Shown one piece after another: positions 28,080-36,839 of a stretch of DNA of 59,658 nucleotides. Position numbers and translations under genes: made by a program. Origin of the DNA: Acidimicrobiaceae bacterium (GTDB taxonomy: Bacteria > Actinomycetota > Acidimicrobiia > Acidimicrobiales > Aldehydirespiratoraceae); NCBI GenBank assembly GCA_002729125.1, contig PBTQ01000053.1, positions 1-59,658 on the forward strand, read 5' to 3'. The notes beneath the pieces are model-generated. The model saw only the letters and a list, made by a program, of their open reading frames with translations. It made no database searches and was not told the origin of the DNA. The stretch's first letter is position 1. Each line of letters opens with the position of its first letter.

Positions 28080-29344
28080 CAGGAACTCCACTTCACCCGC
28101 ACGGGGAGGTGCTTATAGCCGTGCACGAAGCTGGCCGAGACGACACTGCGGTCGCCGGCCGGTTCGATCGAGTCGATGCGTTCGACCATCTGCTCGAGCA
28201 GGGCGGCGATGCTCGCCTTCGCCAGATGGGCGCCAAGGCAGTAGTGCTCCGCCCAGCCGAAGCCGAGATGCCGGTTGGGGGTGCGGCCGACATCGAAGCG
28301 GTCAGGATCGTCGAACACCTCTTCATCGCGGTTGGCGGCGCCGTAGAACATCGCCACCGCCGCGCCCTCACGGATGAGGGTGTCGTCGAGCTGGTAGTCG
28401 CGAAGCGCTGTGCGCTTCATGTAGTTGACGGGGGCCGTCCAGCGCACGATCTCCTCGACCGCTGTCTTGATCAATGACGGGTCGGCCTTGAGTCGAGCGA
28501 ACTCTTCGGGGTGGTCGAGGAAAGCCGCGATCGCGCCGGAGAGAGAATGGCGGGTCGTGTCGTGGCCGGCATTGAACACGATCAGGTAGTAGCCGAGAGT
28601 CTCGACGAGACCCATCGGTTCGCCATTTTCGAGGGTGGCATTGGCGAGCAGCGAGGCGAGATCGTCGCAGGGGTTGGCCCGCCGGTCCTCGATGATCGTG
28701 TTGAACATGGTGAAGAACTCCATGCCCAGTTCTGCCGAGGCAGCGGCCCGATCCTCGCCGGGGCGCCCGACGTCGGGATCGTCGAATGCGAACAGTTGCG
28801 AGGTGAGCTCAAGCAGCCGGTCCTCGTCGGCCTCGGGCACGCCGAGGATCGTGCAGAGGACGCGAAGCGGGTGCCGCTGAGCGACGAGCTCGACGAAGTC
28901 GACCGGCTCGTTGCCGTGCCCGGCGAGACGATCCATCATCAGTGTGGCGGTGTCGGTGACGATCTCATCGAGGCGGGTGATGCCCCGCGGGGTGAAGAAT
29001 CCGCTGGCGACCTTGCGGAACGCGCGGTGGTCGGGCGGGTCCATCGAGATGATCACCCGCATCTGATTGAAGGGGTTCGACTCGTCGGCGATGACGTCCA
29101 GCTGGTCCTTGCGGAACAGGATGATGTTGCCCGCTGCGCTGGAGAACACTTCCGGCTGCGACGAGATCTCCGTGATGTGGCGGTGCTTTGTGATCGCCCA
29201 GAACGGCTGCACAGCGTCGGCGTCGGTCATGTGCACCGGCTCGTTGGCGCGGAGCCATCTCCATTCCTCGTATGGGAAACTCTGCTCGCCGTACTCGTGG
29301 TTGAGCACAAGCCGATTGTCGAGGTTGTCGGGAGCCATCGTCAT
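28079..29344 (-). CDS. Cytochrome P450
   Basis: MDPPDH, AGHDTT, EIVRW, FGWAEHYCLG heme Cys; TACGAT 6 nt before ATG. Confidence 0.92.
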   Translation of the reverse strand: MTMAPDNLDNRLVLNHEYGEQSFPYEEWRWLRANEPVHMTDADAVQPFWAITKHRHITEISSQPEVFSSAAGNIILFRKDQLDVIADESNPFNQMRVIISMDPPDHRAFRKVASGFFTPRGITRLDEIVTDTATLMMDRLAGHGNEPVDFVELVAQRHPLRVLCTILGVPEADEDRLLELTSQLFAFDDPDVGRPGEDRAAASAELGMEFFTMFNTIIEDRRANPCDDLASLLANATLENGEPMGLVETLGYYLIVFNAGHDTTRHSLSGAIAAFLDHPEEFARLKADPSLIKTAVEEIVRWTAPVNYMKRTALRDYQLDDTLIREGAAVAMFYGAANRDEEVFDDPDRFDVGRTPNRHLGFGWAEHYCLGAHLAKASIAALLEQMVERIDSIEPAGDRSVVSASFVHGYKHLPVRVKWSS

Positions 29345-29457
29345 GTGTCGATCGTAGGTTCGACGGCGCCTCTGAGCGAAAAGTGTCCTCGTCGAGCGGA
29401 AGCTTTGGGCGTTGCATCGTTCGACGTGATCGGCCAAGGGCGACTAAGACGACGGAC

Positions 29458-29994
29458 ATGGCGACCCCACGACAGCCCGGCCTCGGAGCGGTTTTCACCG
29501 ACCGTGGTGACGACGACGAGATCCCCTACATCAAGGTTCGTAGCCAGCGAAACGCAGACGGGACCGAAGTCCACGTCTGGGAAAAGTGGGTCGCGTTCAA
29601 CGTCGACCCGCTCTATCTCGCCCTGTTCGCCCGCTATGACCCCGGCATGATCGTTCGTCACCACGGCCACCACAGTCCGCACACGCTGCTGGTGCTTGGC
29701 GGGTCGATTCGATGTGGTGATGTCGATCTCGGGCCCGGCGATCACGTCGAACTGCCACTCGGCGCCTCGTTCGGCCCGTTCGAAGCTGGCCCCGATGGGG
29801 CTGAGCTGTACGAGGTGATGATGGGCGACCCTCGTTCCTGGTCTGACGACGAGGAATCCATGGTCGCCCTCCTCGCCGCTCGCGGCGCCGAACGGCTGCC
29901 CGACCCTCCGATTGATCTCCCCGGCGGGCTCGAGGACCTCCGCCAGGTCTACGCCCGAGCCGAAGCACTCGCCGCGGAGGCCGACCCTGACTGA
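29458..29994 (+). CDS. Cupin-like hypothetical protein
   Basis: HHGHHSPHTLLVLGGS...GDHVELPLGASFGPFEAGPDG cupin-type motifs. Confidence 0.7.
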   Translation: MATPRQPGLGAVFTDRGDDDEIPYIKVRSQRNADGTEVHVWEKWVAFNVDPLYLALFARYDPGMIVRHHGHHSPHTLLVLGGSIRCGDVDLGPGDHVELPLGASFGPFEAGPDGAELYEVMMGDPRSWSDDEESMVALLAARGAERLPDPPIDLPGGLEDLRQVYARAEALAAEADPD

Positions 29995-30847
29995 GCACCG
30001 TCTCGGCGTCGGGGCGCCGATGTGGGCGAACCGGGACTGGGTCGGGCGCTCGCTTCCCGCCGGTACACCCGCCGGACGCGAACTCGATGCCTACGCCAGA
30101 GTCGTCAATGCCGTTGAGGGAAACACGACCTTTTACGCCACGCCCGATGCGGCCACGATCGATCGATGGCGTACCGCCACGGCACCCGGCTTCCGTTTCG
30201 TCTTCAAGCTCCCTCGTGAAATCACGCACGACTGGCGCCTGCGCAACACCACTGCGGAGCTCGGGATATTTCTCGACCGCATCGAACCCCTCGGGGACCG
30301 TCTCGGTCCGCTGATGATTCAGCTCCCGGCGTCGTTTCGTCCCGACGACCTTCCGGTGCTTGCGGCCTTTCTCGACACCGTCTCGACCTCGTTCGCGTGG
30401 TCGGTCGAGGTGCGGCACCTCGCCTTTCATGCCGGGGGCGACGCCGAACGGCTGCTCAACGATCTTCTCCATGAACGGTCCGTCAACCGGGTTGTGCTCG
30501 ACAGCCGTCCCGTCTTCGACGGACCTCGCGAGACGCCGGAAGAGATCGATGCCTGGGAGAAGAAGCCGCGGGTCCCCGTGCGTGCCGTCGCGACGGGGGA
30601 GCAACCGATCGTGCGGTTCATCGGGCAGATCGACGCCAACCCGCCCTACTGGAAGAAGTGGGTCGACACCGTGGTGCGTTGGCTCGATCAGGGCCGCCGT
30701 CCGGTCGTTTTCCTCCATACGCCCGACAACCTCGTCTCTCCTGAACTCTGCCGCCGGTTTCATGCCGAGGTCGCAGACCAAAGCGATGAACCAAACCTGC
30801 CGCCTGCACCACCGGTGCCGACCCAGGACGGACTGGAATTGGGGTGA
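29987..30847 (+). CDS. DUF72 (YecE-like) protein
   Basis: GAPMW, VEGNTTFYA.P, FRFVFKLPREITH, QLPASF, VEVRH, FLHTPDN; start inferred at CTG 29987 after GGAGG. Confidence 0.88.
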   Translation: MTEHRLGVGAPMWANRDWVGRSLPAGTPAGRELDAYARVVNAVEGNTTFYATPDAATIDRWRTATAPGFRFVFKLPREITHDWRLRNTTAELGIFLDRIEPLGDRLGPLMIQLPASFRPDDLPVLAAFLDTVSTSFAWSVEVRHLAFHAGGDAERLLNDLLHERSVNRVVLDSRPVFDGPRETPEEIDAWEKKPRVPVRAVATGEQPIVRFIGQIDANPPYWKKWVDTVVRWLDQGRRPVVFLHTPDNLVSPELCRRFHAEVADQSDEPNLPPAPPVPTQDGLELG

Positions 30848-30891
30848 ACCTGACCCCGACTCGGCTCGATCGAGTTGATATCGTTCAGCGC

Positions 30892-31284
30892 ATGGCGACC
30901 CCCACCTCCAACGCTCCCCGGCACACCGGGCTGCTGGTTGCGGGCCTGCTTGCGATCCCGTTCGCCTCGGTGTCGATCGCAGCGCAGTTGGGCGACATTG
31001 CCTCCACCACCGATCCCCGTGACGCCCTCGCTGGCGGTCTTGCCTTGCTCATGGGCGTAGCGCTTGGTCTTGTCGTACGGAGCGTTGTCGTCACCCTCGA
31101 CGCCCGTGTCCGAGGCGGTGTCCGGCTTGTCGCTGCGGCACTGCGTCCGCTGCCCGGTGCGATCGTCGATATCGTCGATATCGTCGGCGTCAGCGGCCGA
31201 TCGATCGGCGCGGCGACCATGCCTCGTCTCGTCTTCGTCCCCGCTGAGACTGGTCGAAGAGGACCTCCGATTCGCGTGCGCTGA
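30892..31284 (+). CDS. Small membrane leader protein ending in RRGPP (candidate ribosome-arrest peptide)
   Basis: TATCGT 7 nt before ATG; two hydrophobic segments; C-terminus ETGRRGPPIRVR*. Confidence 0.7.
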   Translation: MATPTSNAPRHTGLLVAGLLAIPFASVSIAAQLGDIASTTDPRDALAGGLALLMGVALGLVVRSVVVTLDARVRGGVRLVAAALRPLPGAIVDIVDIVGVSGRSIGAATMPRLVFVPAETGRRGPPIRVR

Positions 31285-31339
31285 GCCATCGCGGCCGCGA
31301 TCTCGCCTGGCCGCTTCCCGCACGAATCGAATCAAGGAG
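31265..31339 (+). promoter_or_regulatory. Predicted anti-SD/SD hairpin controlling the gene starting at 31349
   Basis: CTCCGATTCG (31265-31274) is complementary to CGAATC-AA-GGAG (31328-31339, containing the SD); inner GCGGCC/GGCCGC stem. Confidence 0.6.
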
Positions 31340-31348
31340 ATTTCACCT

Positions 31349-32251
31349 ATGCGCACGAACGCGCTGCGGCTGCTGGCCGCACTCTTTACCCTCTGCGTTG
31401 TCGCTGCCGCCTGTGGCGACCACGAGGCCGCGGAGGTCACCCCGCTCGACGATGTGTCCAACATGGAGGCCATCGACGAGAAACACGACCACGGCGATCA
31501 TGAAGACCATGACCACGACGATCATGACGATCATGGCGATCACGGCCAGGACCACGGGTCGCCCGTTGAATTCGAGGGTGCCGCCGTCCCGGCCCTTGGC
31601 GTCAGTGTCGAGCCCGACCCGGCCGGCGGCATCAACATCACGGTCAACACGACCAACTTCGCAGTGGTTCCTGAGGCTGCGTCTACGGCGCACGTTGAGG
31701 GCGAGGGGCACTTCCACCTCGACGTCGATGGCACGAAGGTCCAGCGCTTCTACAACGAGGCGATCTACTTCGCCGGCGTGACCGAAGGCGAGGTCACCGT
31801 CATGGTCGAGCTTTCGGCGAACGACCACCGCACCTATGCCGTCGACGGCGAGCCGATCGTCGCCATGGTGACCGTCGACGTGCCACCGCACGATCACGGT
31901 GCACACAGCCATGGTGATGCCGGCCAGGTCGCGTGGGCAGGCGAGGCGCCGCAGATGGCGATCGAGGTCGTGGAGGATCCGAAGTCGGGCTACAACGCTC
32001 TGATCACGGTCGACGGCATGACGCTCTCCGCGGAGAACGTCAACGGCGACAATGTCGATGGCGAGGGCCATCTGCACCTGCACGTCAACGGTCAAAAGGT
32101 CGGACGTCTCTACGGCGACGCCACCCACATCCCGGTGCTCCCTGTCGGCGAGGTCGAGATCACGGTTGGCGCGTTCGCCAACGACCACAGCGCCTATGTC
32201 ATCGACGGTGAACCGATCGAGGCGTCGACCTCGATCGTGGTTGCGTCATGA
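31349..32251 (+). CDS. His-rich lipoprotein with two tandem GEGH.HL.V.G...ANDH domains (putative metal-binding)
   Basis: AAGGAG SD; lipobox VAAA-C; HDHGDHEDHDHDDHDDHGDH tract; internal ~100-aa duplication. Confidence 0.85.
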   Translation: MRTNALRLLAALFTLCVVAAACGDHEAAEVTPLDDVSNMEAIDEKHDHGDHEDHDHDDHDDHGDHGQDHGSPVEFEGAAVPALGVSVEPDPAGGINITVNTTNFAVVPEAASTAHVEGEGHFHLDVDGTKVQRFYNEAIYFAGVTEGEVTVMVELSANDHRTYAVDGEPIVAMVTVDVPPHDHGAHSHGDAGQVAWAGEAPQMAIEVVEDPKSGYNALITVDGMTLSAENVNGDNVDGEGHLHLHVNGQKVGRLYGDATHIPVLPVGEVEITVGAFANDHSAYVIDGEPIEASTSIVVAS

Positions 32252-32592
32252 GCCGCGGACGTCTCATTGCCGTCGCTGCGCTCGGGGCCCTTGTGGCTGC
32301 GTGCGGCGGCAGCGACAGCGGTGCCGTCTCGGCTGAAGATGAGATCATCCTCGAGTTCGATGACGATGGTGGTCTCGTCGGCGGCGTTCGTCGGGAGTCA
32401 GTCGATCTCGGTTCGAAGGTGACCATGATCGTCGAAGGCAGCACCGATGAGCAGGTGCACGTCCACGGTTACGACCTCTACATCGAACCCGAGGGTCCCG
32501 CCGCCCTTGAGTTCGACGCCCTCATCCCCGGGCGCTTCGAGGTCGAACTCGAGCAGTCCGGTCAGTTCCTCATCGAGCTCACGGTCTCATGA
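32248..32592 (+). CDS. Small cupredoxin-like lipoprotein
   Basis: Lipobox LVAA-C; EQVHVHGYD...PGRFEVELE beta-sandwich pattern; ATGA overlaps on both sides. Confidence 0.7.
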   Translation: MSRGRLIAVAALGALVAACGGSDSGAVSAEDEIILEFDDDGGLVGGVRRESVDLGSKVTMIVEGSTDEQVHVHGYDLYIEPEGPAALEFDALIPGRFEVELEQSGQFLIELTVS

Positions 32593-33977
32593 CCCGTCGT
32601 AGCCGCCTCGGTATCGCAACCGTCCTCGCCGGCGTGGCGGTGGCGGTCGCAACGCCGGCCGCTGCTCACGGCATCGGTGGCCGTACCGATCTGCCGTTGC
32701 CGGCCTGGCAGTTGGCGTGGGCGGCCGGCTTCGCCGTTGCGAGCTCCTTCGTGGCGCTTGGCGCGTTCTGGTCGCAGCCGCGGCTCGTCGCTGCGGCAGG
32801 CGGAGGGCGGACCCTCGTCGACACCCGGCGCCCGGTGATCCGCTGCCTTGAGTTCATCACCAAGTCGATCGGCGTGTTCCTCTTCGGCGTGCTCATGTGG
32901 GCAGCCTGGAGGGGCAACCCGAACGGGGCGGTCAATATCGCAGGCGATGCGTTGCTGATCTGGTTCTGGGTCGGCTTGCAGCTCGTGTCGTTCCTGTTAG
33001 GTGACGTCTGGCGAATGTTCAATCCCTTCGTCACGATCGCCAACTCGGGCGCGTGGGTTCGAGCCAAGATTCGGGGGGAAGAAGCGGCCCCAACCGAAGA
33101 CACGGGTCGGCTCAGCCTCTGGCCGGCCGTCGCTGCGATCTTCGCCTACCTGTGGTTCGAACTCGCCTATCACTCGACCGACAGCCCCCGATCGATCGCC
33201 GTGTTTCTCACCGTCTACTCGGTGGCGATGATCGGCGGCGCGACCGTGGAAGGCCGCGGCTGGGTGCGCCGAGCCGATGGCTTCGCCGTGTTGTTCACAA
33301 AGTTGGCCGCCATGTCGCCGATCCATCGCGACGACGACGGTCGTCTGCGGCTGCGTTCACCGCTCGCCGGGCTGTCGACCCTGCCTGACATCCCCGGCAC
33401 GGTGCCGTTCATCCTCGTGGTGCTCGGCTCAACCACGTTCGACGGCTTCACCCGCAGCTCGATCTGGCTCGACATCGCGGGTGAACAGACCGGCTGGGGC
33501 CGCACGGTCAGCAGCACGGTCGGCCTGCTCGTCATCACCGGGCTGGTCGCCATGGCCTACTCGGTTGCCATTTCGGCGATGGCGAATATCACCAGGGAGG
33601 AGTCGGTCGAGCTGAGCCGGTTGTTCGGGCCGACGCTCGTTCCGATCGCAGCGGCCTACGCCGTCGCCCACTACTTCAGCTTTCTCGTGCTCACCGGTCA
33701 GCGGATGTTCATCCGGATCAGCGATCCGGCCGGTCGCGGTTGGGATCTGTTCGGCACCGCCGATTACGCGATCGATTGGACGATCGTGTCGCCGGCCACG
33801 ATCGCGTGGGTGCAAACCCTTGCGATTGCGATCGGTCACGTTGCAGGTGTCGCAGCGGCTCACGATGTCGCGGTTAGTCGGTACGACCACCGACTCGCTG
33901 TCAGGTCGCAGTATCCGATGCTGGCTGCGATGATCCTCTACACCGTTCTCGGGCTCTTCCTCCTGCTTGGCGCCTAG
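32589..33977 (+). CDS. Multipass membrane protein of unknown function with N-terminal His after the signal peptide
   Basis: PAAA-HGIGG predicted cleavage site; about 10 TM segments; AHYFS, GHVAGVAAAHD, SQYPML..M..YT. Confidence 0.85.
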   Translation: MTRRSRLGIATVLAGVAVAVATPAAAHGIGGRTDLPLPAWQLAWAAGFAVASSFVALGAFWSQPRLVAAAGGGRTLVDTRRPVIRCLEFITKSIGVFLFGVLMWAAWRGNPNGAVNIAGDALLIWFWVGLQLVSFLLGDVWRMFNPFVTIANSGAWVRAKIRGEEAAPTEDTGRLSLWPAVAAIFAYLWFELAYHSTDSPRSIAVFLTVYSVAMIGGATVEGRGWVRRADGFAVLFTKLAAMSPIHRDDDGRLRLRSPLAGLSTLPDIPGTVPFILVVLGSTTFDGFTRSSIWLDIAGEQTGWGRTVSSTVGLLVITGLVAMAYSVAISAMANITREESVELSRLFGPTLVPIAAAYAVAHYFSFLVLTGQRMFIRISDPAGRGWDLFGTADYAIDWTIVSPATIAWVQTLAIAIGHVAGVAAAHDVAVSRYDHRLAVRSQYPMLAAMILYTVLGLFLLLGA

Positions 33978-34759
33978 ACCGGCGCGAGTCGCTCGGAGAG
34001 AAACTCGAGGGTTCGAGCCAACGCCACCTGGCTCGGATGATCAGGCTGGTCATCCGGGGCCAGGTGCTCGGTCAACACGCTGTGATCCTGCTTGCCGGTC
34101 TCGGCCCCGGGTGTGTCGTTGGGACTCGGAATCTCTTCGTGCAAAAAGTTGTCCCCGAGTGTGTGCTTGAGGGTGGCGAAACGCTCGCCAGGGACGAGCG
34201 CGTCGCCGGTGAAGCGAAGCCCGAGCACAGGACAGCCCGTGGCGGCAACGGCGGCGAGTTCGTCGGCGCTGAGCCCGGTCGATGCCTTCCGGGCACCGCC
34301 GAAGCCGAACGGCAGGCTCGGCTGACTGAGCACCGGCGCAACCACCGTGTCGTCGAGCAGCATCGCGAGTCCGAAACCACCGGTGAAGCACATGCCGACG
34401 AACCCGACGCCCGGACCACCGTGGCGTCGGTGGAGGTCACGGGCGAGGGCCCGCAGCCAGGCGGTGGCGGGGGAGGAGTCCCGGGTGGCAAGGACGTGGA
34501 ACTCTCGGCTCACGCACGCCTTGGCGATCACGCCGAGAGCACGCCGCGTCGATGATGGTCTCCCAGGGGTGCCGAAGAGCGATGCGATCGCGACGGAGAA
34601 ACCGCGGTCGACCAGTCGGTCGGCGAAGCCGGCGACGTTCGGTGTGATCCCGGGGATCTCGGGCGCGACCAGAACGCAGGGCCCGGTACCCCGGTGGCAC
34701 ACGTCGTGTGTGATCCCATCGGCGCTGAACGGTTCGACTCGGTAGTCGGCGAGTGGCAT
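33974..34759 (-). CDS. Dienelactone hydrolase family protein
   Basis: EIPGITP, GMCFTGG, SQPSLP, LRFTGD, HSVLT; start MPLADY (34771 is an alternative). Confidence 0.85.
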   Translation of the reverse strand: MPLADYRVEPFSADGITHDVCHRGTGPCVLVAPEIPGITPNVAGFADRLVDRGFSVAIASLFGTPGRPSSTRRALGVIAKACVSREFHVLATRDSSPATAWLRALARDLHRRHGGPGVGFVGMCFTGGFGLAMLLDDTVVAPVLSQPSLPFGFGGARKASTGLSADELAAVAATGCPVLGLRFTGDALVPGERFATLKHTLGDNFLHEEIPSPNDTPGAETGKQDHSVLTEHLAPDDQPDHPSQVALARTLEFLSERLAPV

Positions 34760-34834
34760 GGCGTCGATCATCGCATGGACGACAACGCCCCACCCGCGTT
34801 CAACAAATATTGCATTTGCGTTACGATTGTGTCC

Positions 34835-36094
34835 ATGTCCGTTTGCTGCCGACTCCGCACTCCTGTCGGAATGCTCCTGTTGAGCCTCGTGCTCGGCGTC
34901 ATCATTCCCGGCGCCTTTGCCCAGGACTCTGTCGACGACCTCCGAAGCCAGCGAGAAAACATCCGCCGCGAAGCAGCCGACGCAGCCGCTCAACTCGATG
35001 CCTTGTCGGCGGAGGATCTGGAGCTCGTCGAGGCGCTTGAGGCGCTCGACGCCCACATTGCACTTCAGGAGAACAAGATCGCTGCGTCGGCGCAGTCCAG
35101 CAAGGTGGCGGAGGCCGAGGCGGCGAAGGCACAGGCCGAGGCCGACATCCTCGCCGAGGAGATCGAGGCCATCCGCGATCGTTTGCGCCGGCGAGCGGTC
35201 GATGCCTATGTCGCACCCGCCGCCAACGTGCTCGATCAACTCAACAGCGATGATCTGATCGGTTCGGCCCTCCGACGCGAGTACCTCGACGACATCGTAG
35301 GCGACGAGTACGAGATCGTCGATCAACTCCGAGGAGCCATCGCCGAACAGGAGGCGGCGAAACGTGCCGCAAAGGCGTTCCTCGCCGAGGCGCAAGCCGA
35401 GCGGGTCGATCTCGACCATCGACGTGCCGAACTCGAGGTCACCCGCACCGAGGCCGAACGATTGCGAGCCGAGGTGCAGGAGCGAATCGCTAAGTGGCAG
35501 ACCAGTTCCGACGAGTTCGCCGAGGCGGACCGGTTGATCGGTGACGAGATCCGACGCCTCGAGGAGGAGGCAAGAATCGCCGCCGAGGCCGAAGCTCAGC
35601 GCTTGGCAGAGGAAGAAGCCCGGCGCCTTGCGGAGGAGGAAGCTCAGCGCTTGGCGGAGGACGAGGCCGCCAACGACCCGGTGGCATCCACGCCCTCAGG
35701 GGATTTCGCGATTACCGACCGGCCGGCGGCCGGCGTCCTGACGAGCCCGTTCGGCCCGCGTGTGCATCCGATCTTCGGGACCACCCGTACGCACAACGGC
35801 ATCGATCTCAACGGCGACACGGGCGATCTGATCCTTGCGGCCAACGATGGCGTAGTGCTCTCGGCGGGGTGGCGAACCGGCTACGGCAATGCGATCGTCA
35901 TCAGCCACGGTGGCGGCTACACGACGCTCTACGCACATCTGTTCGACATCGATGTGAGCACGGGACAACAGGTGTCGGGCGGCGACGCGATCGGCTGGCT
36001 CGGCAGCACCGGTTGGTCGACCGGGCCGCACCTGCACTTCGAGGTCCGACTCGACGGCACCGCCCTTGACCCGGTCGGCTTCTATCCGTTCTGA
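34835..36094 (+). CDS. Secreted coiled-coil M23 peptidase (murein endopeptidase/EnvC-like)
   Basis: Signal peptide, long coiled coil, HNGID, YAHL, STGPHLHFE. Confidence 0.92.
   Translation: MSVCCRLRTPVGMLLLSLVLGVIIPGAFAQDSVDDLRSQRENIRREAADAAAQLDALSAEDLELVEALEALDAHIALQENKIAASAQSSKVAEAEAAKAQAEADILAEEIEAIRDRLRRRAVDAYVAPAANVLDQLNSDDLIGSALRREYLDDIVGDEYEIVDQLRGAIAEQEAAKRAAKAFLAEAQAERVDLDHRRAELEVTRTEAERLRAEVQERIAKWQTSSDEFAEADRLIGDEIRRLEEEARIAAEAEAQRLAEEEARRLAEEEAQRLAEDEAANDPVASTPSGDFAITDRPAAGVLTSPFGPRVHPIFGTTRTHNGIDLNGDTGDLILAANDGVVLSAGWRTGYGNAIVISHGGGYTTLYAHLFDIDVSTGQQVSGGDAIGWLGSTGWSTGPHLHFEVRLDGTALDPVGFYPF
35582..35670 (+). repeat. Degenerate 24-bp coding repeat (AE[AE]EA[QR]RL) in the M23 linker
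   Basis: GAAGCTCAGCGCTTGGC occurs twice; protein AEAEAQRL-AEEEARRL-AEEEAQRL-AEDEAA. Confidence 0.75.
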
Positions 36095-36143
36095 CGTTCC
36101 TCTTGGTGGGGTCAGCGCAAGCGGCCGTTCTAGAGTCCTCCCC

Positions 36144-36839
36144 ATGAGACCCGACTGTCGAGTGTTGATCGTGGCGTCTGCATCGCCAGAGCAACTCATC
36201 GGTATCGAGACACGTCCGGATGTCGTGATCGCTGCCGACAGCGGGCTGCATGCACTGTTGGCCGCCGGGTGGATCCCGGATCGTCTCATCGGTGATCTCG
36301 ACTCCGCCGACCCTTCAGCAGTGCAGATCGCGGCTGAGGGCGGGGCAGTCGTGGATCGTTACCCGGTCGGAAAGAACGAGACCGATCTCGAGCTGGCCCT
36401 CGCCGCCGCAGTCGATGCCGGCGCGACCGAGATTCGGGTTGTCGTGCGCAGCGACGGACGTCTCGATCACCAGCTCGCCAACCTGTTCGCACTCGCCAAG
36501 CCCGACTGGAGCACCGCCGAGGTCCGTGCCAATGTCGGCGATCATGTCGTGTGGGTGGTGCGCGGCGAACGACGCCTTGAGGTCGAGATCGGTCAGCATC
36601 TTGCGCTCCTCCCGATCGGAGGTCCGGCTCGGTTGACGACTTGCGGGGTCGCGTTCCCCCTCGCCAACGAGGTGTTGTCTGCCTTCGACGGGCGTGGCAT
36701 CGCCAACGAGGCGACCGAGTCCGTGGTGTCGTTGGGGGTGTCGGACGGTGTCGTGCTGGTGGTCAGTTCCCCTGCTCAAGCCGACGACCCCAACGACACC
36801 ACGGACTCGGTCGCGTCGGCAGCACAACCGGGGAGTTGA
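36144..36839 (+). CDS. thiN: Thiamine pyrophosphokinase
   Basis: IAADSG, IGDLDS, KNETDLELAL, GRLDHQLAN, GIANE. Confidence 0.88.
   Translation: MRPDCRVLIVASASPEQLIGIETRPDVVIAADSGLHALLAAGWIPDRLIGDLDSADPSAVQIAAEGGAVVDRYPVGKNETDLELALAAAVDAGATEIRVVVRSDGRLDHQLANLFALAKPDWSTAEVRANVGDHVVWVVRGERRLEVEIGQHLALLPIGGPARLTTCGVAFPLANEVLSAFDGRGIANEATESVVSLGVSDGVVLVVSSPAQADDPNDTTDSVASAAQPGS

Noticed and set aside
33974-35419. 481-aa minus-strand ORF as one protein (also the extended starts at 20679, 25257 and 44226)
   Set aside because: The N-terminal extensions overlap real genes; family homology begins at downstream starts.
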